Shown: piece by piece, positions 39,988 to 53,117 of the stretch
How positions within the stretch are numbered: the stretch's first letter is position 1
Layout of the letters: each line of letters starts with the position of its first letter
Source of the DNA: Eledone cirrhosa
Lineage: Eukaryota
Length of the DNA: 64,000 bases
NCBI GenBank assembly: GCA_964016885.1
Contig: OZ024740.1
Location: 5,828,001 to 5,892,000, forward strand
Reading direction: 5' to 3'
Notes under the pieces: generated by a model
The model's database searches: none
The model's input: the letters and a program-made list of their open reading frames with translations, nothing else
Told to the model about the DNA's origin: nothing
Position numbers and translations under genes: made by a program

Positions 39988-41059
39988 CTCCAGTGCAAGG
40001 CGCATACAATAGTCCACTACGATGATAAAAAGGTAGGGAGCCAATGTATCTCCCTGGAGCACTCCAGCCAGTATCTCAAAGAACTCTGTCATCCCATCAG
40101 GTGTAATGACTTGGGCTTTGGTGTTGGTGTAGAGCAGTGATATCAGGTCCACTATCCTCTTGGGGATTCCATAAGCCTGTAAGATCTTCATCAGGCAGTA
40201 ACGGTCCACAGAATCAAAGGCCTTCCTAAAGTCAATACCAGGACACTGGCTTTACTGTAGCACCGGCTCAGAGCAGGAGAGTTGGGGCGAAAAAGGTATC
40301 GGATGCTGAATTTGCCGACGACATAGTTTTGGTGACAAATACAGTGAAGGAGGCAGAGGATTTGATGCGGGAGGTTGAGACTGTGTCGATGAGTGTGGGG
40401 CTGAGAATGAATGAGACTAAAACAAAATATCTGGTGGAGAATGTTGAGAAGCCAGAGGGGATCACTAATGTAGGCGGGAAGCCGCTGGAATTGGTTGAGG
40501 ACTTCCTGTATTTGGGAGCAAAGATTGGAAGATGATGTGGTTGGGAGGAAGAGCAAGGCCTGGGCGGCGTGTCACAGCTTGAGATCGGTGTGGAAGTCGG
40601 ACCTTCGTAGAGACCTGAAAATCCGCCTCTTCATTGCTGTAGTGGAGTCTGTGCTGCTGTATGGGTCTGAGACTTGGACACTGACCAAGAGACTCACTCA
40701 GATGGTGGATGGGTGCTACACGAGAATGCTGAGGATGGCTCTGAACATTAATCAGTATACACTGAGGATGAAAAACTCAGAGCTGTATGGGAGCATCCCA
40801 AATTTCAGCTCAAAAGTGACACAGAGGAGACTGAGGTTGGCTGGACATGCTCACCGACATCCAGAGTTGACATTGCACTCAGTGCTCCTTTGGGAGCCCC
40901 TACATGGACACACTAGAAGAGGAAGACCAAGGTTAACATATGTTGATGCCCTAAGGACAGACACTGGTCTGTTGGAGATGCAGGATATGGCAGCGATAAT
41001 GAGGGACAGAGACCGCTGGAGAGAACTCGTCCATGGATCTCGGGAATTTTACCCGCCTT

Positions 41060-41060
<1 letters not shown>
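39985..41060 (+). mobile_element. RTE-type LINE (second family) with 5' inversion
   Basis: 39985-~40238 on minus encodes KAFDSVDR..GVLQGDTLAPYLF; ~40240-41060 on plus continues FADDI..LLYGSETW..RLAGH..GRP. Confidence 0.85.
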
Positions 41061-41112
<52 letters not shown>

Positions 41113-41157
41113 TATGTACATGTACAGACACACACATGCATACACACACACATATAG

Positions 41158-41666
41158 TTGCGTAGGCACCACGGTAAAAAGCACCCAGTACTCACTGTAA
41201 ATGAGGTTGGTGTTAGGAAGGGCATCCAGCTGTAGAAACCGTGCCAAAATCAGTTCTGTATGAGCAAGACAAGGTCAGGCGGCCAGACACTGCCCACAAC
41301 AGGACAACCCGTCTAAACCATGCTAGCGTGGAAACATTGATGTAAAATGAAATGATGATGATATATATATATCATCATCATCATCATTTTACGTCCGCTT
41401 TTCCCTGCTTACAAGGGTGGGACGGGAACTGATTCTAGCTTGATTTCTACAGCTCGATGCCCTTCCTAACACCAACCTCATTTACAGTGAGTGCTGGGTA
41501 CTTTTTTTTTGCCGTGGCACCTCCACGACCACTTTGCAGTGGAATGATATGGACCCCAGTCCCTATCATCTCATTTCTATAGCTGAGTAAACTGGAGCAA
41601 TGTGAAATAAAGTGTCTTGCTCAAGGAAGCAACACATCACCCGGTCTGAGAATTGAACTCACAACA
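41158..41666. mobile_element. RTE 3'UTR fragment (+, 41158-41363) tail-to-tail with a truncated SINE (-, 41372-41666)
   Basis: Homology to 5900-6130 and 6178-6512. Confidence 0.8.
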
Positions 41667-42780
41667 TATATATATATATATATACACACTGTCATCTGTC
41701 TATGTAAGCATTACTTAAAGTTTGCCACCTATCTTCCATTTATCAGAAAGTCTTATAAGTGATATTGTGATGTCTCATACGATATATATCTGTCCTACTT
41801 CATCTCACTCTTATAATTTGATATGTTACAGTTTGTTTTGTCAGTAGTATTTTCATATCATTTTCTGTTTATCTTATGTAATAGATTGAAATAACTGCCT
41901 CAAGATGTATTATTTCCATCTGTGCAATGTTTGCAATCATATCTTCTATTTATGTAATGTATGAAATGTATATAAGTTTTTTCTTACTACAATTGACTAT
42001 TCAATATCGGTAATTTAACCACCATGTTTGGTAACCTGCTGTTAACAATGGTAGAGGGGTTTCTCTCTGGGAGTTGGGACTAGACTGTGTATTGGATGTA
42101 TGTGGGTGACAATGCTGTATACCAGTGAAATATAGGACTTGACTCCAGTGGAACAAGGTAGGATGAGTATACTTTCCCATTGAGTCAATGATCAGCAGCC
42201 TGTTTAATATTGGGGGTTTGATGGGTTATACACAGTACACTATTTAAGTGTTTGGTGTAGAACCCATGCCAAAAATAGGCGTGTCAAGAGCATATCAACT
42301 TCTTTAGTGCTGTTGCTACAAAAAATGCACTCAGGACACTCAGTTAGGTGGTTCTTAATAGCAAGAGCCTCCACCTGTAGATAACATGCCAAAAAAGGAT
42401 TAAGTGGTTCAAGCAGGTGTAAAAAGTTGCAGCAGTAAAGGCATCCAAAGTTAAGATATGGGAGGACTTTTATGTTAAGCTGGAATCCATCTCCAGATCA
42501 GAAAGTATTCTGGCAGACCATCCATCATCTTCATAATAAAATGTCCCCCTCCATGCCTGTTGTCAAGAACATGTCTGGTATTTTCCTCTCTTCAAAGAGA
42601 TGCATCCCTGCGAAGTGGAGAGAATACTTTTCTGATATCCTAAACCTGATCACAACAACACCTTTTGATGTACATGAGGTGCATCTGGGAGCAATGACTA
42701 ACTTCCCAGAGGCTTAAGTTTCTAGACCAATTAAAGAGTTCAAATGTGGCAAGGCTAGTGGAAGATGTTAAAAGCCTTAA

Positions 42781-43004
42781 GTCTTTAGCATTTAAACTGA
42801 CCGTATCCGGCCGGAATTCTCTCACCTCTTTCTGTTCACACTGGCTGTAACTGGCTGCTTATACAAACATTAAGCTATTGTCCTCAAAATAAATAACATC
42901 ATCAAAATCTCGTAGAGTCGATAACATGTGAGATAATTATATGAGATAAAGACTTTACCGCAAAAATACATAAGTAAATATAGACTAATGTAAATGATAA
43001 AGGG
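42781..43004 (-). mobile_element. Compact piggyBac-type MITE (~224 bp) inserted in an old RTE fragment
   Basis: TTAA at 42777-42780 and 43005-43008; homologous to both ends of 23939-33710; the flanks rejoin as RTE-like MLKALN..WLTR.C..AW. Confidence 0.8.
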
Positions 43005-43082
43005 TTAAATATAGAAGATGTTCTCTGGCTGACTCGAATGTGCCAGATGGCCTGGATGTCTGGGAAGGTATCTAACAAATGT

Positions 43083-43593
43083 AGAAAAACCTGGGACGAC
43101 TTGATAAATTCCAACCTCACACACTTACACCTCTCCAAGACAATGTCACTGGACCGAGATCTTTGGTGCTACACAGTAATACAGAAGATCCGTCTTGCCT
43201 AAGTACAAAGGGAAACCTACAGTCAGTAGGCACCTCTAACAAAAATACACCCACGTCCCACTACCCCCACCCCATCCACACCACTCCTTTCAATGTAAAG
43301 TTATGTTGGTACCACAACATCCAGTCCGAAATAAATGAGGTTGTGTAGGTGTCACGACAAAGAAACACAGTCCACGCTGTAATGTGGCCATGTAGGTAAC
43401 ACGGTAAAAACCTCCCAGTTCGCACTGTAAACGTGGTTGGTGTTAGGAAGGGCATCCAGCCGTAGCAAACCCGCCAGACAGTCCTATACGAGCAACACAA
43501 CCAATCTTGCCTCAAGTGGGAAAATTCCCGTCCTAACCCATGCAAGCGTGGAAGATGGACGTTAAACGATGATGATGATGATGATGATGATGA

Positions 43594-43597
<4 letters not shown>
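43083..43597 (+). mobile_element. RTE 3' end fragment
   Basis: RKTWDDLINS.., 3'UTR, (GAT)n. Confidence 0.88.
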
Positions 43598-43654
<57 letters not shown>

Positions 43655-44033
43655 CACAGAAAATTCTGTGTCTAAAACAATATATAATGCTCAGTATTTA
43701 TACTTTGAGCTTGTTAATTAATGGGTATCAATATGAGTTAATAACTCTGTATTTTATTTGTATATATTGAAGGATAAGTATTTTAGACTTTATCTTATCA
43801 TGAGTTAAGGGTCTATTGATTTTTCCCTGGATTTCACTAAATTCTGTGGATGAACTTATATCCTGATTCTCTTTTGAGATAGGTTTGAGTTATTTTTCCT
43901 ACATCTTACGTTAACTATTTTTCCCATCTTGACGACATAGTCGCATATATGTTATGAAATACTGTTAGCTTCTCGCTAAAACAGTTCTATACCTTTCATT
44001 TATATATATATATATATATATAGGGGGGGGGGG

Positions 44034-45809
44034 GGGTCATATTTGTGTAATATTGCCAGAATTAATAACAGAACACACTCACTGGTTGGTTGGTTTTCGC
44101 TTCTCGCTTCTGTGTCGTTTATATCGGTAATCTAACTTACTCGGTCCTCAATCTTGCCATTGACTGACCGACGGTCAAAAATAATACAGATACAATATAG
44201 ACACAAACACATATATATAGTTTATCATAAATCTTTCGTTGCACATCTGCAATATCGTCAGTGGTGCTATCTTTTCCTCCTGTTGTATTGTATGTCTACG
44301 CCATTTTTATTCAGTCTGTCTATATATTTATTTATTTGCTTGTTTGTTTATTTTATTTTGTCTTCTTTGCGCATGCGTTTGCGTGTGTGTATAGTGTTTT
44401 GTTTGCTGTGTGATGGGTGACTAGTGTGTGTTTATGTGCTTGTTGTTATTGTGCTTGTGTATTTATTTATTTATTTATTTTATTTTATTTACTTATTTAT
44501 ACTTCTCTTAGGTCAGTGTTGGTTGTTTGGGTGTTGTTGTTATTCCATTCATTCTTTCTGTTTAGTCTTGGTCTTCTAATTTCTATTTCACTGGCCTCTC
44601 TGATTTGCCTATCTGCTGGGTCATTTCTATGTTTAGATATTATTCTAATTTCTATGTTGTCTATGTTACCGTCATGTTGTTGTCTAGCATGTTCGTATAG
44701 TACTGACCCGTTTTTTCGTCCTTTTAGTTCCCCCCAGTGTTGGTCTATTCTTTCACCTATGCTACGAGCTGTCTCACCTATGTATGTTGTTGTCATGTTT
44801 CTGCAAGTACCCTCTGTACATCTTATGCTATAGACTACGTTTCTAATTTTACAGTTTATCCGGGGGTTTACCTTACATATGATACATTTCCTATTGGTAC
44901 AGTGGGTTTTCTTAAAAGGGTAGGTTTTTCTGATCAGGGATTTTATGGTGGTTCCTGGCTTTTCTACCACCTTAATTTTTAAGTGGGTCTTTCTCAGGGC
45001 CTTTCTACACTGGTTAGCTAATTTCCCTCCAGAGGTAGCGTCCACAAACATGACACTCTGGTATCTCTGGTTGTCGTACCATGAGGTGTCTTTCCCTATC
45101 TTATGTCTAGCCCTATCTAAGCTATTCCATGATTTGCTCCTGTATAATGGGCAAATTCCTTTCATGTCCAGTTCTATGAGGGTCTTATACTTCTCCATGG
45201 CTCCTTCGTATACTCTGACTCTGTCTCTTTGGTTGTAGCCAGAGAACTGCATGCGGTTGATGAAGTGTTGGATGTGTCTTTCCATTTCTGTTGGGTCGCA
45301 CATGCGGGACACATTCTTCATCACTCGTACCAAATCTGCGATCAGAATATTAAACTTAGCACTACTAGACATTGCTGAGTTTTTGAGTATCAGGTATTTG
45401 GAGGCCATGGGTTTAGCATAGTGTGAGTGGAGAATTTGGGCTCTCTCGTCTATAGTGTTAATCCAGAGTTCTGTGTCTAATACAGGTAGTCTATTTTAGG
45501 GTGCTTGGAAGGGAAGTCGATAGTTACAGTTATACTCTGGTGTATGGAATTAGCTATCTGCTGGATGCTTTCCATCGTGCTACGTTCTAAATCAAACTTG
45601 TTAGTGCTCTCTAGTGGGGGTGTTCTTATAACTATATTGATATCGTCTACATAATGAGAGTACATGATGAGGTCTATGGAGCTCTCATTAAGGAGATCTT
45701 TAAGTCTCCTTTCCCACCATACCACGAAAAGGTTGGCAATATCACCAGCTATGCTGACGCCGATTGCTGCTCCCTCATTTTGGGTGTAGATCTTCTCGTT
45801 GAACTTAAA
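44034..45809 (-). mobile_element. Penelope-like element, inverted copy of the 3' 1.8 kb
   Basis: ORFs 45477-45818 (RT, YVDDI) and 44497-45408 (thumb plus GIY-YIG VVYSIRC..YIGETARSIGERIDQH). Confidence 0.92.
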
Positions 45810-48560
45810 CAGAGGCACAGTTCACCTTAGCTAGAAATAAGATTAGACAAATAGTAGACAGGTATACTAAGAGACAGAGCAGACCAGAGGCCCAACAACT
45901 TGGGAGGAAACCTGTAGAAGGCTTGGTTAGCCTCAAGCAGCGCACAAGGGATGTCTACCCATGGATAAGTCTGGTAGGATGTCAATAGATAGCATGCCGA
46001 ACTACATCAAGGCTATGCAACCCCACATCACCAACACGAGCGAAATTGCACAACAAACACACGATAGGAGAGAGAAAATCCTCAACGCTCACATGATGAT
46101 GTGGACTGACATCCTAAAGCCAATCAGACGCACTGCCAACAACTTCCAGGCGTCTAACAATGGCATACCACCCTTGTATGGGCTCCGCAAAGACCACAAG
46201 ACAGTCGACGACCCGACAACAGGACCACCAACAAGACCCGTATGCGGAGCTAATATAGCTAGTAACTACAGGATCTCCTACTTCCTCTCAATGGTTATAC
46301 GCCCCATAATCAAGATGTCCCCAGATGTATGTGACAGTACAGAGAACCCCTCAGCAGAATCAGTGAGTGCAACAAAAACAGGAACCTATCCAACTGCATA
46401 ATAGGCAGCATGGATGTGGTGTCACTGTACCCATCCATTAACATTGATTTTGCTGTGAAAAGATGTGTGGAGATGATCATTGTGAGTGAGGTGGAGTTCT
46501 GCGACGTCGACACAGACGAACTGGGCCTCCTACTTAGACTTACCTACGACACTGACTACCTAGACAGCCATGACCTTAGACGCTTCTGCCCTAGTAGGCC
46601 TATAAGAGGTAGACCCCCCCACCATAACTTCAATGGCAAAAAAGACTCCCATGGGAAGGTGGATTGGGTGGACCAAAGCTATACGGACCCCCTAAAACAA
46701 TGATCAGGTAAGAAAAATGGTCGCACATACAATAGGGGCTAGTATCAAAACTACCCTAAAGGGCCACATATTTAAGTTCAACGAGAAGATCTACACCCAA
46801 AATGAGGGAGCAGCCATCGGCGTCAGCATAGCTGGTGATGTTGCCAACCTTTTCATGGTATGGTGGGAAAGGAGACTTAAAGATCTCCTTAATGAGAGCT
46901 CCATAGACCTCATCATGTACTCTCGTTATGTAGACGATATCAATATAGTTATAAGAATACCCCCACTAGAGAGCACTAACAAGTTTGATTTAGAACGTAG
47001 CACGATGGAAAGCATCCAGCAGATAGCTAATTCCATACACCAGAGTATAACTGTAACTATCGACTTCCCTTCCAAACACCCTAAAATAGACTACCTGTAT
47101 TAGACACAGAACTCTGGATTAACACTATAGACGAGAGAGCCCAAATTCTCCACTCATACTATGCTAAACCCATGGCCTCCAAATACCTGATACTCAAAAA
47201 CTCAGCAATGTCCAGTAGTGCTAAGTTTAATATTCTGATCGCAGATTTGGTACGAGTGATGAAGAATGTGTCCCGCATGTGCGACCCAACAGAAATGGAA
47301 AGACACATCCAACACTTCATCAACCGCATGCAGTTCTCTGGCTACAACCAAAGAGACAGAGTCAGAGTATACGAAGGAGCCATGGAGAAGTATAAGACCC
47401 TCATAGAATTGGACATGAAAGGAATTTGCCCATTATACAGGAGAAAATCATGGAATAGCTTAGATAGGGCTAAACATAAGATAGGGAAAGCCACCTCATG
47501 GTACGGCAACCAGAGATACCAGAGTGTCATGTTTGTGGACGCTACCCCTGGAGGGAAATTAGCTAACCAGTGTAGAAAGGCCCTGAGAAAGACCCACTTA
47601 AAAATTAAGGTGGTAGAAAAGCCAGGAACCACCATAAAATCCCTGATCAGAAAAACCTACCCTTTTAAGAAAACCCACTGTACCAATAGGAAATGTATCA
47701 TATGTAAGGTAAACCCCCGGATAAACTGTAAAACTAGAAACGTAGTCTATAGCATAAGATGTACAGAGGGTACTTGCAGAAACATGACAACAACATACAT
47801 AGGTGAGACAGCTCGTAGCATAGGTGAAAGGATAGACCAACACTGGGGGGGGAACTAAAAGGACAAAAAAACGGGTCAGTACTATACGAACATGCTAGAC
47901 AACAACATGACGGTAACATAGACAACATAGAAATTAGAATAATATCTAAACATAGAAATGACCCAGCAGATAGGCAAATCAGAGAGGCCAGTGAAATAGA
48001 AATTAGAAGACCAAGACTAAACAGAAAGAATGAATGGAATAACAACAACACCCAAACAAACAACACTGACCTAAGAGAAGTATAAATAAGTAAATAAAAT
48101 AAAATAAATAAATAAATAAATAAATAAATACATACACAAGCACAATAACAACAAGCACATAAACACACACTAGTCACCCCTCACACAGCAAACAAAACAC
48201 TATACACACACGCAAACTCATGCGCAAAGAAGACAAAATAAAATAAACAAACAAGCAAATAAATAAATATATAGACAGACTGAATAAAAATGGCGTAGAC
48301 ATACAATACAACAGGAGGAAAAGATAGCACCACTGACGATGTTGCAGATGTGCAACGAAAGATTTATGATAAACTATATATATGTGTTTGTGTCTATATT
48401 GTATCAGTATTATTTTTGACCGTCGGTCAGTCAATGGCAAGATTGAGGACCGAGTAAGTTAGATTACCGATATAAACGACACAGAAGCGAGAAGCGAAAA
48501 CCAACCAAACAGTGAATGTGTTCTGTTATTAATTCTGGCAATATTATACAAATATGGCCC
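45810..48560 (+). mobile_element. Penelope-like element, 5'-truncated (RT, C-terminal GIY-YIG, pLTR), frameshifted
   Basis: LYGLRKDHK, PTRPVC, MDVVSLYPSI, GAAIGVSIAGDVANLFM, YSRYVDDI, KPMAS, YIGETARS. Confidence 0.92.
48326..48372 (+). ncRNA. Hammerhead-like motif in the Penelope pLTR (mirror copy at 44222-44268, minus)
   Basis: CTGACGA-T-GTTGC[AGATGT]GCAAC-GAAA-GATTTA; stems I and III are weak. Confidence 0.55.
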
Positions 48561-48633
48561 TTCCCAAGTATAACAATATTTGTTTCGACACACGATTTCA
48601 TATAAAAATCCTCGCAAAACTATATATATATAT

Positions 48634-51600
48634 CCCCCTCCTATTTATTATTGCCCTTAAGGCTATAAAAAGGAGTTCAAGACTGGTTGCCCATGGGAAC
48701 TCCTATACGCAGATGATCTAATGCTCATAGCTGAATCAATGGATGAACTAGAGAAGAAATTCCAAACATGGAAGCATGGCCTAGAATCGAAAGGCCTTAA
48801 AATTAACTTGTCTAAGACTAAAGTTCTAGTATGTAGGAAGGAAAATAGGGCACTGGTCCCCTCTGGTAAATGGCCATGCTCAGTGTGTAGGAAAGGAGTA
48901 GACAGAAACTCCATTTTATGTCCCAAATGCAAAGTATGGTTGCATAAAAGATGTAGTGGGATCACAGGTAAACTATCTAAGAACGTAGACTTTATATGTG
49001 GCCGATGCTCATTTGCAATAGGTAGCAGGTGTCCACAGGATACTAGCTCCTTCTATTGCCTAGATGGTTCTATAGAAATAGTAGACACTTTCCATTACCT
49101 GGGTGACAAAATCAGCAGTGGTGGAGGGTGTTCTGAAAGTACAGTAGCCAGAGTCAGAATGGGATGGAAAAAGTTCAGAGAGATTATACCGCTGTTGGCC
49201 ACAAAAGGTTTCTCTCTAAAAATGAAAGGCAGATTGTATGATGCCTGTATACGAACAGCAATGCTACATCGCAGTGAGACATGGTCATTACGTGCAGAGG
49301 ACCTGCGCAGACTGGAAAGGGATGAAGCATGTATAGCGAGATACTGGGTTGTATGAATGTAACAAGGAGACATGGTTTGTGTGTATAATATTTAATCAAC
49401 AATTTAAGAGTATAGTTGACATGTCAATGAATAAACGAAAGAATGAAGCAAAGTTAGTAGTTACCGTTTTGATTGCCAGGAAAACGCGGCTGGCAGAAGA
49501 CGCCTGGCAAAGGCCAGGCGCCGGAAGGGCAAATGAGAGATAGGGAGCCGAAAGCTATTCGTTTTATAGGGCTCTGCCGGAAGTGATAAAAAGGGTTCTA
49601 TCACCCCAACGGGAAGCAACTCCAACTACTTCCCGTCTAGAGGGCGTTAATCTATTGGGGTTGTGAGTGTCACAACAAGGGAGGCAACTCCTGCTACATA
49701 ACCTCCCGCCAGAATTTTAGAATATAAAAATCGAATGAAATATGTAGCAAGTTGGCGAGAATGTTGTAACAGGCATGAAAATTACAACAAAAGAATGTTT
49801 GCAAAAATCAATGATAGATATCAAGGTAGCCAACCGCTCTTGGCCAGAGAACGACTGGACATCTATCTATCCATCACCCAAAGATACAATGTAATAAAGT
49901 AAGAGAAGAGCTCAAAGTTCAAATGTACAAAATATAGTTCACAGGTGTGCAATCACATGACAGCAGGAAAGAAAGTGTGTTCCAGAGAATGAATGCAGGT
50001 GGTTTCTGTTCTGTGGTATATCGTGAAATTTCCAACCTCCGAATGGATTTTCTCACAGGAAGAGTGCTGCAAAAATAAATTCTCTGGCTTGTTCTGCTGG
50101 TTTTGGTTGTTGGTGAAGCTGTGTTGCTGTTGATGTTGTTGTCTCGCGGAGTGAGCGTATTCGGTGTTTAAATTCACAGTAAAAAATTTTTTTTCAGAAA
50201 AAATGAGTTGCGCAAAGTGATAGAAATAACAGCCGAAGTTGATGGTCGATGTTGAGAATGCGTTGACCTGGAAGGGTCAAGAGGCCAGTGACCAAAGAAA
50301 TAAGCATTCTGAATAAATGCGCAGTTTACAACGGCAAATTTACGTGGTAAATTTTTAAACCGGCAAATAGGAGAATATAGCTTAAGGCTGAAGAATCCTT
50401 GGCGAGAAACGTTATCTCTGGCGTGCGGCTATCTCTGTGAGTCGAGAATTTGTGCTGCCTACACGTGCCAATACAAGGTTAAGTTAGGTTGAAAAAATAA
50501 TATTTCTAATGCGCGAGAAAATGATAGTGCAACGGGTCGTTGGCAGCCATTTTGAAAAAAATGTGTGTGTGAAAGTGACAATGATGAAAAGGAAAGGCTT
50601 CACTTAGCATAATTATTGGTGTGAACTTTGGAAAAAAAAAAAAAAAAAACTTTAACGATGAAGAAAACGATGAAAAAAAAGCCAATGGTTCATCGAAAAT
50701 AAATGTTCCTGTTGAAATGTTTTAAAAAAAAAAATATCAAATTTCTTTTTTTTTTTTGTTTTGAAAGTGTTCGTTGTAAGAAACGAGAAACATATATATA
50801 TATATCGTGAAATGCGACAGTTAGTTGATGCGTGAGAGAAAAAGTCTGTCTGAACGCGAATTTCACATGTGCGTGGTGTGTTCGTTTCTTGGAGAAACAT
50901 ATATATATATACAGCAAACTGCGACAGTTAATGGATGCGTGCGGGAAAAAGAGTGTCTGCACGAAAGTTTCACATGTGCGTGTGTGCGTTTCTTTGACTG
51001 AGTATTTTCATAGTTTGTCAATAAATTTGCTGTGTATTCGTAATGTTACTCACACAACACCAGATTCTGCTATTTTTTTATTTTTTTCGGGGTGACCACT
51101 TATAACAATGAACGGCTGCGTGTTCGTATCACGTCAGGGTTACCAATATAGCGGGATACTGGCGTGTAATCTCGCTATACATGCATACTCCGTAGGATGT
51201 GTAATAGTAATATATGTGAACGGCAAAGCATAAATGAACTAAGTGAGAAATTAGGAATAAGAGGGATCAGATGCTGTTTACTTGAGAGAAGACTACGTTG
51301 ATATGGCCACGTGATGCGCATGAAAGACGTGGCCATACCAATGCATAAAAAAGTGCAGGGCGATCAAAATTGATGGTAGTCACGGAGTAGGAAGACCCAG
51401 AAAAATCTGAGACGATCTGATAAATTCCGACCTTACACACTTGCACCTCTCTAAGACAATGTCACTGGACCGAGATCTTTGACGCTATGCACTAATACAG
51501 AAGACCCGCCTTGCCTAAGTACAAAGCAAAACCTACAGTCAGTAGGCACCTCTTAACCAAATATACACCCCAATCCACTACCCTTATCCTATTCTCCCAC

Positions 51601-51940
51601 TCCCACCAACACCACCCTCTCTCTGTAAAGTTGGTACCACAACATCCAGTCCAAATAAATGAGATAATGAGATCGAGATCGTGTAGGTGTCACGAGAAAA
51701 AAACACACAGTCCACGCTGTAATGTGGCCGTGTAGGTAACACGGTAAAAAGTTCCCAGTCCACACTGTAAACGTGGTTGGTGTTAGGAAGAGCATCCAGA
51801 TGTAGAAAACCTGCCAGATAGTCCTATATGAGCGGGACACGGTCACCCGACCAACCTTGCCTCAAGTGCGGCAACTCCCGTCTAACCCATGCTAGCGTGG
51901 AAGATGGACGTTAAAGGAAGATGATGATGATGATGATGAT
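48634..51940 (+). mobile_element. RTE LINE fragment split by the 49332-51179 insertion
   Basis: RT (YADD, PHD-like finger) runs to 49331 and resumes at 51184, ending in the 3'UTR and (GAT)n. Confidence 0.88.
49332..51179 (-). mobile_element. Non-autonomous LTR (Gypsy-like) element with asymmetric termini
   Basis: CATG on both sides (49328-31, 51180-83); LTR 49332-49698 starting TGTAGC after PPT-like GGCGGGAGGTTA, with a TATAAAA; PBS TGGTAACCCTGACGTGAT adjacent to a 33-bp terminal hairpin. Confidence 0.75.
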
Positions 51941-52065
51941 ATATATGCAATAAATCAGAATTTGCCAGTGAAATAGATTAATATATCTACAATATGTAAG
52001 TTTGGTCTTTGTTCATATTTTGTCTGATGAGATGGCAATGTAGAATATAACCTGATTGATGTGTC

Positions 52066-52766
52066 AGTGGTGGTAGTGGTGGTGGTGGTGGTAGTGGTGG
52101 TAGTGGTGGTGGTGGTGGTGGTGGTAGTGGTGGTGGTGTTGGTGGTGTTGGTGGTGGTGGTGGTGGTGTTGGTGGTGGTGGTAGTGGTGGTGGTGGTAGT
52201 GGTAGTGGTGGTGGTGGTAGTAGTGGTAGTTGTAGTGGTGGTGGTGGTGTTGGTGTGGTGGTGGTGGTAGTGGTAGTGGTGGTGGTGGTGGTGTTGGTGG
52301 TGTTGGTGGTGGTGGTGGTGGTGGTGGTGGTAGTGGTGGTTGTCGTTGTAGTAGTTGTAGTGGTGGTGGTGCTGGTACTGGTGGTAGTGGTGGTGGTGGT
52401 GGTGGTGCTGGTGGTGATGGTGTTGGTGGTGGTGTTGGTGGTAGTGGTGGTGGTAGTGGTGGTGGTGCTGGTGGTGGTGGTGGCGGTGGTGGTGGTGGTG
52501 TTGGTGGTGGTGGTAGTGGTGGTGGTGGTGTTGGTGGTGGTGGTAGTGGTAGTGGTGGGGGTGGTAGTAGTGGTAGTGGTGGTGGTAGTGGTAGTGGTGG
52601 TGGTGGTAGTAGTGGTAGTGGTAGTGGTGGTGGTGTTGGTGGTGGTGGTGGTGGTGGTTGTGGTTGTAGTAGTTGTAGTGGTGGTGGTGGTGGTGCTGGT
52701 GGTAGTGGTGGTGGTAGTAGTGGTAGTGGTGTTGCTGGTGGTGGTGGTGGTGGTGGTGGTGGTAGT
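52066..52766. repeat. (GGT)n-rich trinucleotide tract
   Basis: Seen directly. Confidence 0.95.
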
Positions 52767-53117
52767 ATCAATGATGATATTAATGGTCACTGTAGCCAGT
52801 AGACATGAGAGAGGAATGAGAAAAAATGATTTCTCTAGTGTCGTCCTGAAGGTCAACTGGGTTTGGAGAATGATCTCCCTATAAATTATCCAGAAAACCT
52901 GTTATTGACAACACTTCTCTAACAGAAATAGATCAACACACATATATATATGTAGATGTATACACACATGCATCTATATTTAACTATCTATGTATCTCAC
53001 TCATACACTGTTCACTGTTTCCTGACATTTCTACATTATTCTATGTACCACACATGCGCCTTTGATGAGTTGTAGTGCACCTGAGCACTGTACACAATAA
53101 TTTTCATTATTTTCATT

